A stretch of 64,000 nt of DNA, from contig CM022675.1 of NCBI GenBank assembly GCA_012295275.1, forward strand, positions 4,898,001 to 4,962,000, written 5' to 3'. The first letter of the stretch is position 1; every line of letters begins with the position of its first letter. A program made the position numbers and the translations under genes. Below, in pieces: positions 1 through 13,930 of this stretch. The stretch is from Chrysomallon squamiferum (lineage: Eukaryota; Animalia; Mollusca). The notes below the pieces were generated by a model that saw only the letters and a list, made by a program, of their open reading frames with translations, had not been told where the DNA came from and searched no databases.

Positions 1-180
1 ATATAATGATGATGATGATGACAACGATAACAACAACAATAAGAGAAGTTAAAAACAGAAGCAAAACAAATAATAACAATAATCATTGCAATGAGAACGA
101 TATTGAAAAATTTAATAGAAATTGTATTTATATTATTACGCCCTTATTACTACAGAATAATTTATATTTAAATGGTTTAC

Positions 181-1780
181 CTGCACAAACACAATATGCT
201 GCGTGTTCTTCACAATTTTGAAATCCAAGTTTTAACACTTCGCTGTTCTGGTCGTATTTGATGTAGCCACAGGTGGAGTCGATGTCGACTGTGCTAATAA
301 CCTTCACTGAAGCTGGAAAATCTTTGTGACACAAATGTACAGTTATTAAAAATGTTGATGTATACAGTGATTTTTTTACTGTTTCATTTGTGCACTTGTT
401 GTAACATTAATAAAAAATGTACATGAATATTAGAATATTTTTAAACTGAGTATTTAAAGTGAAGGACATTCAGTATTATTATTATTATTATTAAATATAA
501 TTTAAAAATGCTCATTTCGACCCTTACCAATCTTGTACACAGAAATAAAGTTTTCTCCACCACAGAATTCTGTGTAGCTTCCTGCACATCTGACACAATC
601 TTCTCTCTTACTTAGTCCACTGTCAGCAATTTTACAAAAACAACGTCTACCCTGAAAACAAAACAACTTTCTTGTTATTTCTTCTTGTAGATATTGCTAT
701 TGTTATTGTTATTATTGTTATTATTAATATTAGTATTATTATTATTAGTAGTAGTAGTAGTCGTCGTCGTAGTAGTAGTAGTAGTAGTAAGTGGTGTTAT
801 TGCTGTTGTTGTTGTCCTCGATTAAAAAATTAGAAAATGAGAAATAATTTAAAATAATGAAACAAACACAAGTAAATAAAAATAAGTAAGTAAATAAAAC
901 AAATAAAATTAAATTAAAATAATGACAAACAAACAAACAGACAAACTCACTTGTAGACCCACAGTATCAGAAGAAGCTCTACACTTGATGAAACAAGAGA
1001 ACGCGCTGTTATCTTGTAACGTGTAATCACTTGTAAGTTCAGTTGTATCTGTTTCTCCTTTGTGTTGAAATAACGGTTCATTTGTCTCTGAGAAAGTGAC
1101 AACAATTTAAAACTGTATTTTGTTACTGAACTGAGATTTATAAACACAAAATGAAACCAGTAAATTATACCTACCAGTCCACATCCACGGTGTATCGTCT
1201 TAAAAGCTCCTACCCAATAGTCTGTGTTTTCTTCCATTACAGAAGAAAGTTTGTCGTAGTCTAAACTAGAATGATCAACAAAGAGTCTGCCTCCTGCCTC
1301 CTCACAGCCAGAATACGCTGCCTCCCACCAAGTTTGTTTTTTTTTTATCCAGTGTAAAATATTCTTCTAACATTTCTTCTTGTTTTCTGTCAGACCACGG
1401 ACCTGTGTTAATTTATTGATATTTATCTTAATTAATATGTTGCTGCATCATCGTTATTATTAGTTATCATCGTTATCTTATTATCATTGTTATTGATGTT
1501 GTTATTATAATTGTTATTGTTATAGTTGTTATTATTATTATTATTATTATTTATTATTATTATTATCACAGTTTTACTACTGCAAATCAATATTAATCCC
1601 TAAATAAAACTTAAATAACATTTAAAAGTTTTAAATTATGTCCCTTGCCTTATACATTTTTGAAAAGACTTGAAATACAAATTAACATTAATTTAAATAA
1701 ATAAAAAACTTACTTAATCATTCTGCACCTGTAACCTGATTGTAGATCGTTAATATAATCACTGCTGTTACTAAATTCAT
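181..1780 (-). pseudogene. Paralog A of the CTLD/WSC receptor family, exons 1-5; the rest lies left of the window; disrupted
   Basis: Exons 1714-1780 (signal peptide MNLVTAVIILTIYNQVTGAE), 1175-1402, 951-1087, 528-651 (GRRCFC...RCAGSYTEFCGGENFISVY) and 181-321 (STCGYIK...GFQNCEEHAAYCVC), all GT-AG and in the same phases as copy C. Lesions: TGA at codon 21 if the GTAAGT donor is used; +4 nt in an A-run near 1337-1346 and a later -1 nt in exon 2, giving a stop in the shifted frame. Confidence 0.8.
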
Positions 1781-3616
1781 TATATCTTTTTGTTTTCTTC
1801 TCTTTATGTTTATATGCGAAACTTCTTAAGCAAGACGATATAAATCCGAGTTTTGCTAATACGAGCCACGAAGCAGATATTAATAGAAAGAGGAATGTAA
1901 AACTGATCACGAGTCTATTGTGGGTAAAATTTGTCAAATGAAACGTTCAGCACACACAGCTAGCAGCCTCACGATAAAAGTTTATCAGAGAATGGGTCCA
2001 CAGAATACACTGTAATGTTGTGTTGTGATGCGCCCCTTTTACTAATGCAAGCTGTTTGAATTACATAGCTACATACATACATACATACATACATACATAC
2101 ATACATACATGCATACATACATAATACGTGCATACGAGAATACATAAACACACATACATACATGCAAATATACATATAGATAATGCATAAATGCACAAAT
2201 ACAGAAATACATATAAGCATACATATCCAAATACATGCATGCATACATACACAAATGCATGCTTGCATACATGTACAAATAAATACATACGTACATTCAG
2301 AGACACACATATCTAGACACACCCACATACAAACACACAAAATATAAATACATACTCGGTTTATTTTCATATTCCCAATTCATTTTCACCTATTCTGAAC
2401 TTAGTTTCAGAGAAACATATATATTTCCGACTTATTTTCACATAAACATCTGTTTCCAGCTTAATTTGATAAACACGTAAAACAGCTAATTTTCACATAA
2501 TTGTTTTCTTCCAGCCCCTTTTGCTATACACGTATTCCCAGCCTATTTTCGTAAACATCTATTCTCAGCTAATGTTCAAGATGACAAGGTAAGATTACAG
2601 AGAAAACAGACAATATTATACTAAAAACCAGTGTCTGCTTTAGTTGTTTGCAAAGCTGATAAATAAGAAGTATTGGATATTACTGGTCTAATAATATAGT
2701 AAATGTTTTGTTTATAAAGAAAAAAAAAAAACAATCATTGTAACATTTGTTTGAAAACAATTAATAATAATTTCATAAATATCAGGCACTGGTGTATACT
2801 TAGTTGGTTATAAAAATATCAATTTATCAACTAAAATGCGCTGTTTGATGATCTGCGCAATATAAATAATGAGAAGCAGCTGTGATCTTGAAACATAAAA
2901 ATCTGGGTGGGGTATTACCTGGGACAGAGATTACACAAGTAGAATATCTCAGTTTTATAACACTCAGTAAAACAGAGAATGTTAATACTAATTAAACAGA
3001 CAGATATAATTAATTTAGATCATCTCTCCAGATGGGTACATTCGACTTGTAATGAATTTTTTATTATTCTTGAAATTCTTTGTCGTACAGGTAAATAAAA
3101 ATAATCTTTGTCCGCAGATAAATTCTTTAAATTGACTCACCTTCCAAATTATGCCTGCCTGTTCTGTGATTTTCATTTTAAGATTGTTTATAACAAAATA
3201 AAGTCGCTTGTTTTCATTATGTTTAGTGATGGCAGTCACACTCCATACTACAAAATTACTTGTTTCACTTTGTTAAACTAGAAACTTTGAAGTTGACGAA
3301 TGTCAGGTCTCCCAGGTAGTAATAAGATAACAACGTGTTTTGTCACATTTTTGTACTCGTCACGTTTTGTTACTAAATTGAGAGTAAGTGATATACTGCA
3401 ACATCTCATTAGGAAAAAAAAAAAAAAATAAAAGAAGAAAAGTTTAAACCAAGACAAACTGAATGAACGCGGCTGAATACATTTTTTTTACTGATTCTGC
3501 GCTATTTTGTGATTCGGACTTAGCACGTACCATTAATGTACTAGACCGAACTATGGGACCAGCTGTAAACATCAGTTCAAAACCATGCAGACTGGTGTCA
3601 TATAATAATATATATA

Positions 3617-3900
3617 ACCCGAGGTTCCGCTGTATATTGACAAAGCGAATTTAAAAAATATATATACAGGTACCGGACCAATTATTAAGCACTGCGGCGA
3701 GTGAATGAACGCGACGCGGCTTGAAAGAGTAGTTCCGGTCTGGTGAGGACAACATCCGCGCGCGCGATCTATGAAAATAGCGTCGGGAAAAAAATTCAGT
3801 TTTTCTGGTTTTTCAGGATTTCAGGACGCCGGATAATTGATCCCCTACCTATACATATATTTTAAATTCGCTTTGTCAGTTTACAGTTGAACCTCGGGTT
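3617..3900. repeat. Foldback: imperfect inverted repeat of about 70 bp around a GC/CpG-rich core
   Basis: aacccgaggttccgctgtatattgacaaagcgaatttaaaa...ggaccaattatt matches the reverse complement of gataattgatcc...tttaaattcgctttgtcagtttacagttgaacctcgggtt. Confidence 0.8.
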
Positions 3901-4398
3901 AAGGACTAAAAAGAAACGATATCAGACACTCGAACACCACTCTCATTTTTTGCAACTATTTCTTTCTTAACCTCTACTTGATACGTTTATACTTTCCACC
4001 AGCATTACTGCTTTCACTTTTTGTTTTCTTGGGCGCCATATTGGATAGCGTATAATAAAAAAATAAAAAAAAAGCAGCAACACTCTAAAAAATGAGAGCG
4101 CACAGTTTGAATGCAACAGCTACTGAGCAGACTAAAGGCCCTAATTCATTTGAATATATATTTGCTATAAGGCATTCCTATAATCCTTTCTTTGACCTCG
4201 GTTCTGACGTAAGCATCTATTCTTATCTTTACTACATGTTGATGTCAAAACCAACGTGAAAAGAAAGCTTGTCGTGGCACGTCGCTGTAGTTCGTAACTC
4301 GGAACATTATTCGTAAACCGAGACAAAACTTGCTCCAGATCGCGGTTCGTAATCCGATTTGTTCGAGCTTCGAGAGGTTCGTAACCGAGGTTCCACTG
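3884..4398. mobile_element. Non-autonomous Tc1/mariner-superfamily (pogo/Tigger-like) MITE, 515 bp
   Basis: TA|cagttgaacctcgg ... ccgaggttccactg|TA: 13/14 terminal inverted repeat with TA on both sides; no transposase ORF. Confidence 0.7.
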
Positions 4399-5405
4399 TA
4401 TTTAGTTATATCCTGTAACATCATCTGTGAATCTCCTTGATTTTAAACATAAAACGTGTTCGTATTTAATTTATAGGCTACATTTTTTTTGTATTAGTTT
4501 AAATACGAAAAAGCCTTTCCTCAAATTCACGTGGGTGTGTGTCAGAAATAAAACTAAAATTTACCAGTTCAATTTGGCCCTGTATATTTTATTTAATAAT
4601 TATATGCTGCCACTAGTGAAGCGGTTATGGCCCGCGAAGTCGACAACTTGTATAAATGATCTCAAAATTGTGTCAACTTAGCGGAACAAGCTGAAATGTA
4701 CCAGTGAGGATCTGTCGATGTCCCGGGACTCATTATTTGTGTTTTACCTGGGTGACGCTGTGCGCAGTCAAAACGTAACAACGAGATGATACTTACTGTA
4801 CGACAGCTACTACTACTACCACTACCACTATAACTACAATTCAGCTCAGTTTATTTATTTCGTAAAAAAATCAGCATGACTATAGACACAAAACAGAGAA
4901 GAATACAGTTATAAAACAGAAACAGTTGTTTAATAGGTTACAGTATACAAATACAGGAAAACAAAACAAAGTAAAAAAATTAAACGTTAGGATAATAAAA
5001 ATATAAGCATATATATGTATGTAGTCACACATTATGGTTAAGGATCACGCAGATAATAATAAGGAACCATCTGCATGGGTTTCTATTACAAATAAAAAAG
5101 CAAACCAGCAAGGGATCTCTTATATACATTTTCCCAGAGAAAGAAAATTACAATGATAGAATTCTTTTTAAAATAAATTTTAGTCATAACAATATTTTTA
5201 TTTGTAGTTCAAAAACATATTTTATTCTCGCAGTGATCAGTTGAGGTGTAGACGTTCTATGTGATCTGTGTTCTCCATGTTGATGTGGTTGTTTTTGTGT
5301 AGCGGATTCTGGTATCAGTAGCGCTGTATTTGTGTTTTCATGCTGGAGCTCGCCAGTGACTATCCAGTTGGTGCAGTTTGACTTCCATTAGAGACTGCTC
5401 ACGTT

Positions 5406-5998
5406 TTAGCGAGATTCTTTTAAATCAGAATTTTCCAGAACAAAATAAAAATTTCCACTGCCTTCAGAAACGTTGTCGTTGTTGTCGGAATCGTCGTGGA
5501 CGTTATCAGAGATTTCTGATTTCGTTGTGTCAATAAGTCTATATAGACTGGGTAGCGATAATTCTGAAGTCACTTTATCAAGCGATGTCGTAGCTGTCAC
5601 TTTCAGGATGGTTAATATGGTTATACACTTCTGATGTTCTCGTCGCAGTTGCCCGGTTTCTGTCCATGGTGTCGTAGTCTTCAGAATTCACGAAGTGGCT
5701 GTAGACGTCAGATACAGTTGCAGTTGTCTTTTCTTTGTTTGTGCTGTCGTAGTCGCTGTCTTTGTCGACACCAAGCAGGTTGTAGATATTTTTTCTTATC
5801 ACAGGTATCGTAGTCACCGTTGTCGTCCACAGCAAGGTTGTTGTAGATGTTAGATGTACGAGTTGTCGTATTTGATGTATCTGTGTTGTTGTAGTCTCCG
5901 TCATGACTGCTTATACAAGTATATACATTTATACATACATATATATATATATATATATATGTTATTATTTTGTGTGTGTTTGTGTGCGTGCATGTTTG

Positions 5999-6043
<45 letters not shown>

Positions 6044-6119
6044 ATCATGGAACTATCATCATTATCGTCGTTGTTCTTATTGTTATTTTTCTTGTTCTAT
6101 TGTTATTGTTATTGTTCCA

Positions 6120-6206
<87 letters not shown>

Positions 6207-6501
6207 GTTATTGTTATTGTTATTGTTATTGTTATGTCTGGTTAGGACAAAGAAAAACTTACTGACCAGGTATGTTTTTTCTGTTATCAACTTCAGACTG
6301 TGCGTTCTTTAAGTGGAGTTGTGTCCCTTTTGTTATACTGAGACGTTGGTGCTGCACTGATGTTATGAGTAGTAGACTCTGGTAGCTGTTCTGTCGGTGC
6401 TGAAGATGTCGGTATTTTCAATGTTGTTGTTTCTACGGTACATGGCCATAACCAGGTAGTTGTCGATGATGGTGTTCTTGCAGACTTTGTTGTGTTTTTG
6501 T
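5406..6501 (-). pseudogene. Paralog fragment B: decayed stalk exon and distal half of the Tyr-motif tail exon
   Basis: 5406-5904 translates with frameshifts to IYNLL..DYDST..DVYSHF..DYDTM..EVYNHI..YDIA..FYFVLENSD. About 6265-6501 is a Thr/Ser/Pro-rich exon-like segment (KNTTKSARTPSSTTT...) with an AG acceptor and an in-frame stop. No TM exon found between them. Confidence 0.75.
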
Positions 6502-6890
6502 CTACAATTCAGAGAAGTTAACATAATATCAGATGTAAAAGAGACTAATTAACAAAATATATCAAATGTTAATCAAAAATGATTAATAAATAACATTAGT
6601 CATTTACGGTAGTTTGTACTTGAAATGAATAAACATATTAACAACGACATCAACAATTATTATTTCTCCTCTTTTTGGTTACATTTTCATTTAATAATAA
6701 CAACAACAACAACAAAAACAGAAATAATAATAAATAAAATAAATAAAATAAAGAAGTAAAGAAATTAATTAATTAATAAAGAAGAAGAAAAAGGTATAGT
6801 TACATTTTTAACAAACTGATTTCTTTTTTAAATTAGACGTTGAAATGTTTATATGAACTTTGAATCGGGGAGGGAAAGATAGCCACTTCC

Positions 6891-7049
6891 AAACCTTTGT
6901 CCACGTCATGCTTTCTGTAAACTTTGCATCATTATAATGTTCATGTATTACTGAACCTATTAGAAAACACAAACCTTTGTCCACGTCATGCTTTCTGTAA
7001 ACTTTGCATCATTATAATGTTCATGTATTACTGAACTATTAGAAAAAAC
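6891..7049. repeat. Direct tandem duplication of an 80-bp unit (2 copies)
   Basis: aaacctttgtccacgtcatgctttctgtaaactttgcatcattataatg... starts at 6891 and again at 6971. Confidence 0.9.
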
Positions 7050-7235
7050 AAATGAGTATCAATGAAATGCACAATTATGTCTCCTACAAGTATAAAAATA
7101 CTGCTATGTCTAAATTAATTGTATTTTTGACGATGTAAAGAAAGAGTCTAACAGTTTCTGCTTACTTCCACGTTTAGTTTCTAGGAGATTTTATTTTATT
7201 TTATTTTATTATTTTTTTTTAAGATTTTAGTATTG

Positions 7236-7266
<31 letters not shown>

Positions 7267-7500
7267 ATGTGAAACAACATTGAGAGTGCCTGACACGGTT
7301 AATTTGTTAACGTGTCGGCTCGTTAGTGATAAGTTGTGGTTAGTGAAAAATTCGTGTTTTTTTCTCTTGTAACTGGTTTATGAAAAACTGAAATATCGAA
7401 CTAACGGCAAGACGGAGCCTTGTGATTGTGAAAAATATTCAATGTTTAAAATGTCAGCCTTAAATTGTTTGTTTTAGTACGTGTGAGAGTGATTTGTTAT

Positions 7501-7603
<103 letters not shown>

Positions 7604-7854
7604 GATAGTGTAGTGAAACTAATGTACAGAGAGAGAGAAAACGAGACAGAAAGAGAGAGAGGAACAGAGAGAAAGAAAGAAAGAAAATGTAATACATTGC
7701 CCGAAACAGTAATAATAATAAGAAGAAGAAGAAGAAAAAGAAGAAGAAGAAGAAGAAGAAGAAGAAGAAGAAGAAGAAGAAGAAGAAGAAGAAGAAGAAG
7801 AAAAGAAGTAGAAAGGAAATTCGATAAATAACGAGAAGATAAAGATGGAGGTAT

Positions 7855-8708
7855 TTGTTAATTTCGGAATTAATTACTTAATGTATTGTTTTACTTTTAT
7901 TTTATTTCTATAAGAATATCAAAACAAGGAAACGCTGTTTGCAAACCGTATACACACATCACATCATTCATCACATTATTCCTTTTTATAATTAAATATA
8001 GGAAAATGTTTGTTAATGTTTGTTAACAGTAATATCCGAACATTATCGTTGTAAATATACAACAGCCCTAAACTTTACCCAAAGTGTTTCCTTAAGCATT
8101 TCAATTTGTAATAATTTCAATAATAATATATAGCGTGTGGGAAAAAAACAAGTCTTTGTGCCTTCACTTAAATTTTCTGGCGAATGCCCTACGGTAATTA
8201 GTTAAAATCGATCAGAACTTTCCAAATTTCTTTCAGTGACAACTTCACGCTGAAATTCGAAGATTTATATCAACTTTGTGGGATAATATGAGAATAGCTA
8301 AGTCAGCTGCATATGTAATTGCATTTAAATGAAATTAAAAATATTGGTGTCCGTGATCTTAAGAATATATCTGCGATTTATGACTTGATTTTATGTCATG
8401 AGATTTGAGAAAGAACATGTTAGATTTGATCCTGCGATAACTTGCACCTCAGTCTAGTGAATTTCGTCTTATTTCCCTCCTCTGTGAGTTGATAATTACT
8501 TTTAAATCGGATCCCAGGATACTTTGAAACGGTTAAAATACGCGCAGGGAGAAATCATTTGATGAAGGGGAGAGTACTAGGGTGAGATGATTCGGAAATT
8601 GTTACAGCTCACTCGAAAATATTTAAAGAATATTTCATTTACTGAACACTGTTGATGTTTACAATATGTTAAATTAACCTACAGAGCTTTAATGCATCTG
8701 TTACAGGT

Positions 8709-8804
<96 letters not shown>

Positions 8805-9318
8805 ATCAAAGCGTGATGTATTTGTGACTGCGTGTGTGTATGAGTAAAGAATAATGCAATTCATCACAAATATTTTCTATGTAAAAGGAAAAGGTATTCT
8901 AAAGATATAACAACATTTTTATTTATACACTTAAAAAGGTTTGCTTGTTTACAATAATGTGTATTTGTGTATACAAATGCATACATTTCGTTTACAGAAT
9001 GTATTAACAAAGACAAAATGTATGTAGGTTTGTATGTTTCAACAGAATGTATGTAAGTGTATACAGGAATGTATGTTTACAAATTATTGTTGTTGTTATT
9101 ATTATTATATTGTTATTATCGTTGTCGTATTCGTTCTAGCTTAATGTTAGTTTATACACGCTTTTCAGTCATGTTTGTATTTCTCTATGTATCATTTCAT
9201 TTATACAATAATACATTCATTAAATAATATATCTTTAGATTTTATATTTTAATAAGATATACGAAATAGTAAAAGAAATAATAATAATAAAAAAGAAATA
9301 AAATAATAATAATAATAA

Positions 9319-9349
<31 letters not shown>

Positions 9350-9771
9350 AAGAAGAAGAAATAAAGAAATAAATAAAGAAAGAAAAATCGTATTTATATA
9401 TTTTTTAAAACTCAAATGCGTCTATCATCGTAGAGAAGACATCATTAAAACTATAACTAGCAAAATTAAACATAAGTTAGCTTCGAAAACAAGAATAAGT
9501 AAAAGCAAGAGAGAAAAAAAAAGAAATAGAAATAAAGAGAACAATTTTTATAATTAGATGTTTGTAAAGAAACCTAATTATCTCCCTTGTCCTGAATACG
9601 TCTGGGTAACAAAGTAGAAAAGTATATTATTGTTTAAGAAACTAAATCATAACCATTTGGTTAAATAAAAAAGAAATAAATAAAATAAAATGTTACAAAT
9701 AAATAAGATGTATATTGTTCGAAAAAGATTGTGAAAACCAAAAGTTCATTTCAACGTAGCGATTGTTTGGA

Positions 9772-9840
<69 letters not shown>

Positions 9841-12800
9841 AATAAATAAATAAATAAAAACGAATGGATGAGAATATATAAATATCGTTAAGTCGGTTTA
9901 TAGTTATAACTTTAATAAAATCTAAATATTTACTTTAATTTTAATTTATAATCATTTGAACTAAACATCATTTTAATAAAATGGAAATAAAATATTTTGA
10001 AAAGTAATCTTAGCATTATATATAGCGAAACAAAATCATAAATAATATTTTATAATAATTATAATTTTTACTCTCTTAAAAGAAACAAACTTTACGCCAA
10101 GTAAACCAATGACGTAACATTCGGTAATTTCCGTATTTCTTGCGGGTATAAATATGACGTCAACAATTGAACTCAATGTGACTCGATCGCTTCCTTGGAG
10201 AAAGACGTCGTTCTGAAGGTGAATGTGATTGTTAATTGTTTTTTTTAATTTTTAGACTAATATTTCTGTGTTTAGCAATTCTTGGATTACTAAGTCAGTG
10301 TGTTTACTAAGTGTTGGATTATTAAGTACTGGATTATTTACTCTGTTGTTACTAATTCTGCTGGATATTGTCCGTGAGTACAAAAAACTAATTCTGTTTT
10401 GTTTCGTTTTTCAGAGACTTGATCTAAATGCTGATTCAGCATACTAGAAATAAACTGTGGTTTTTGATCGGAAATCAATTTTCAAAATTGGTATTTTTGT
10501 AATATCAAATTTGGCATACTCCGATCTATGTTGCATTGGCGAACCGTCTAAATTTGCGTCTAAATCATAGTATAACCTTTTATTATTATCATTTTTGTAT
10601 TTTTTGGTTTTGAGGACGCTTCGAAATTTATTAACAATTATTATGGTAGTTAGTCAGAGAAACAGTATACGACACAAAGCAAAATATCATTTATGTTTAG
10701 GTATTATAGACAAACACGCAAAGAGATACAGACACACATATATAGATTCATACACGCCTACATATAAGTATATATATATATATATATATATGTCGATTGT
10801 ACAGATCTACAGATATCAAGACATACACATATAGATAGATAAAAAGCCACACATAACTATAGACACACATATACATACACATACACTGGTACATGGGTGT
10901 AGATAAAGATAGAAATAGGTACACATTGATAAACAACTACAGACAATAGACTCACTTTGAAAAAACCTACACATAATGATAGAAACAGATATAGACTGAT
11001 AAACACTTACAGATAGCAATATATAAGGTACAGATTGAGATATATGTATAGAAAGCGAAAACACACATGTATAAAGATACACGCCTACAGATAACGATAG
11101 ATACACAATATGGGTTAGGAGACAGCTGCAGATAACGAAGATACATTGATATACCTACACATAACGATAAATACATTTATAGATTAATACACACCTGTAG
11201 ATAACGATAGATACAGACATAGACTGATACAGTTAGAGAGAACCATATTCACATATAATTGATACACACCTGCAGATAAAGACAGATACACATATATATT
11301 AATAAACACCTGATATAAGATATATATATGGATAATAAACACCTGTATATATATATATGTAGAATTGAATATAGATATAGACTGATTGACACACACCTAT
11401 GGATAACGATAGACACAGGTACAGATTAATACATATATATATACTTAACACACCTAGATACAGAGAGATTAAATCAGACCTAAGAAAAAAATACATACAG
11501 ATATAGATAAATGACTTAGATAATGATAAATACATATATAGATTAACACACACCTAAAGAATAGGATAGATAGATATATAGATTAACAAAGATATAAAAA
11601 AGAAAAAAAATAATGACAGATAGATAAAGATCATACACACCTAATGAAAACGATAGATAAAAATATAGAAAAAGAAAATAATAGATAGAGATACAGAAAA
11701 CGACAGATACAGGTATAGATCAAAACACAACTAAAGATAAACGATACATTCAGAGATAGATTAATTCACACCTATAGCTGCCAGCAGAAACATATATAGA
11801 TTAACAGACACATACAGATAAAGATATAAAGAGATATTGATACATAATGATAACGATAGACAGTGATAAAGATTAAGATAAAGACCCCTATAGGTCACGA
11901 TAGATACAGGTATAGATCAATACACACATATACGCAATAATATATACAGATATAGATTAATACCAACATAATGATAACTGTAGACACAGTGATAGACTAA
12001 TACACACCAGTAACTAACACAGACAGAAACAGATATAGATTAACACTGACCTGTAGATAACGATATATACAGGTATAGATTAATACACACCTATGGATAA
12101 AGATACATACAGATAACAGACATCTGTATATAATGAGTGAAACAGATATAGATTAATAGAAACCTATAGATAATGAGACATACAAATAGAGATTAATACA
12201 GACTTACATATAACGACATGTACAGATATAGGTTAATAAATACCTACAGATAACAAGATAGAGATTAATACCTCTGTAAATCAAGATGGCTACATATACA
12301 GACTAATTCTCACCCCACAGACAACTACAGAAGCAGATATAGATCAATACACACCTAAAGATAACAATCCATAGAGATAGAAAGATAAATACATACCTAT
12401 AGATAAACATAGACAGAGATATAGATTAATACACACCTAAAGGAAAAGGTACATACAGATATAGATAAAGATAACGATAGATACAGATATAGATCAATAT
12501 GCACCTAAAAATAACGATAGAAAGACATGCAGATTAATACACACCTATAGATTAATACACACCTCCGATTAATACGCACCTAAAGATTAATACACACCTG
12601 TAGATAATGATATATACAGATATAGTTTAATAGGCACCTACAGATCACGATACAGAGAAGTATAGATTAAGACATACATATAGATTATTATACACCTAAA
12701 GATAACGACAGATACTGATACAGATTAATGTAGACTATAGATAACAATATATATTGATTAATAGAGAGCTCTAGATCACCACATAAACAGATATAGATTA

Positions 12801-13900
12801 ACATACGCACCGATAGATGATTAGAGATACAGATACAGATTAAAACAGACTAACAGATAACAATGGATACAGATATAGATAGAGTAATACACACCTAAAG
12901 ATAAAGATACATACAGATATAAATTAATATATACCTGAAGATAAAAAGAGATACAGATATAGATAAAGATAAAAGATATTTAGATAAAGATAACAATAGA
13001 TACAGTTATAGATTAATACACACCTATAGTAACAATAGATAGAGATTTCGCACTAATACAAAGGTATATATCACGACTAAAACATATATAGATTAATAGA
13101 CGCCTCTGGAAAATGATAGATATAGATATAGATTAATACACACCTATAGATACCGATAGAAACATACTTGGTTTAATATAAAGATACAGATAATGATAAA
13201 TACAGATATAGATTAATAACTACCTATATATAACGATAGATGCAGATACAGATTAGTACATACCTAACGATAACTGTAGAAATAGATATAGACTAATAGA
13301 CACCAATAGATAACGATAGATATCTGGAAAAGATAGATACAGACATAGATTAAGACACACCTAAAGATAATGATATATTCAGATATGCATTAATACACAC
13401 CTAAAGATAATGATATATACAGATAATGATTAATGCACACCTACAGATAAAGAAAGATACAGATACAGATAAAGATAACATGAGATTAATACGCAACTGT
13501 AGAGAAGTAGAAACGCAAATACATATTAATGCACATCAAACGATAAATAAAGATAGAGATATAGATTAATACACACCTAAAGATAAAGACAGATACACAT
13601 ATAGAAAAAGATAATGATAGAAACAGATGTAGATTAATACACACCTACATATACATACATACAGATACAGAGTAATGCACACTATAGATAAGTATAAATA
13701 TAGATATATATTAATACACCTAAAGATAACAATAGATACAAATATAGATTGATACACACCTAAAGATAAAGACAGATACACATACAGAAAAGATAATGAT
13801 AGAAACAGATATAGATTAATACACACCTATAGATAACGATATATAAGTAAATAAATTAATACAGATCTATATATAAAGATATATACAGATATAGATTAAT
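7855..13900 (+). repeat. Left copy of a segmental duplication of about 6-7 kb (inverted relative to 28200-35475)
   Basis: Colinear reverse-complement matches, e.g. 7855-7950 vs 35380-35475, 8150-8710 vs 34590-35150, 10080-10700 vs 32200-32820, 13560-13690 vs 28740-28870. Microsatellites are shared at equivalent positions. Inner boundary approximate. Confidence 0.9.
10100..10475 (+). promoter_or_regulatory. Compact Pol II promoter-like cassette followed by a candidate short transcript
   Basis: CCAAT 10106-10110 overlapping TGACGTAA, kB-like GGTAATTTCC 10123-10132, TATAAATA 10147-10154, CRE TGACGTCA 10155-10162, GT-AG pairs 10219-10255 and 10374-10414, AATAAA 10449-10454. Confidence 0.45.
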
Positions 13901-13930
13901 GCACACCTACATATGATACATTCAGATATA
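11150..13930 (+). repeat. Old, degenerate tandem array of about 40 bp (atagattaatacacacctaaagataacgatagatacagat-like)
   Basis: Recurrent gattaatacacacc and gataacgatagatacag motifs at roughly 40-bp spacing with many substitutions. Confidence 0.85.

Noticed and set aside
1710-1937. ORF-track peptides 1710-1937 and 39775-39969 as the first coding exon
   Set aside because: Wrong frame; the conserved ATG-initiated signal peptide is in another frame and joins exon 2 in phase.
7990-8700. Higher-complexity segment in the duplicated arm, possibly a transposon remnant
   Set aside because: No terminal repeats, target duplication or transposase frame could be identified by eye.
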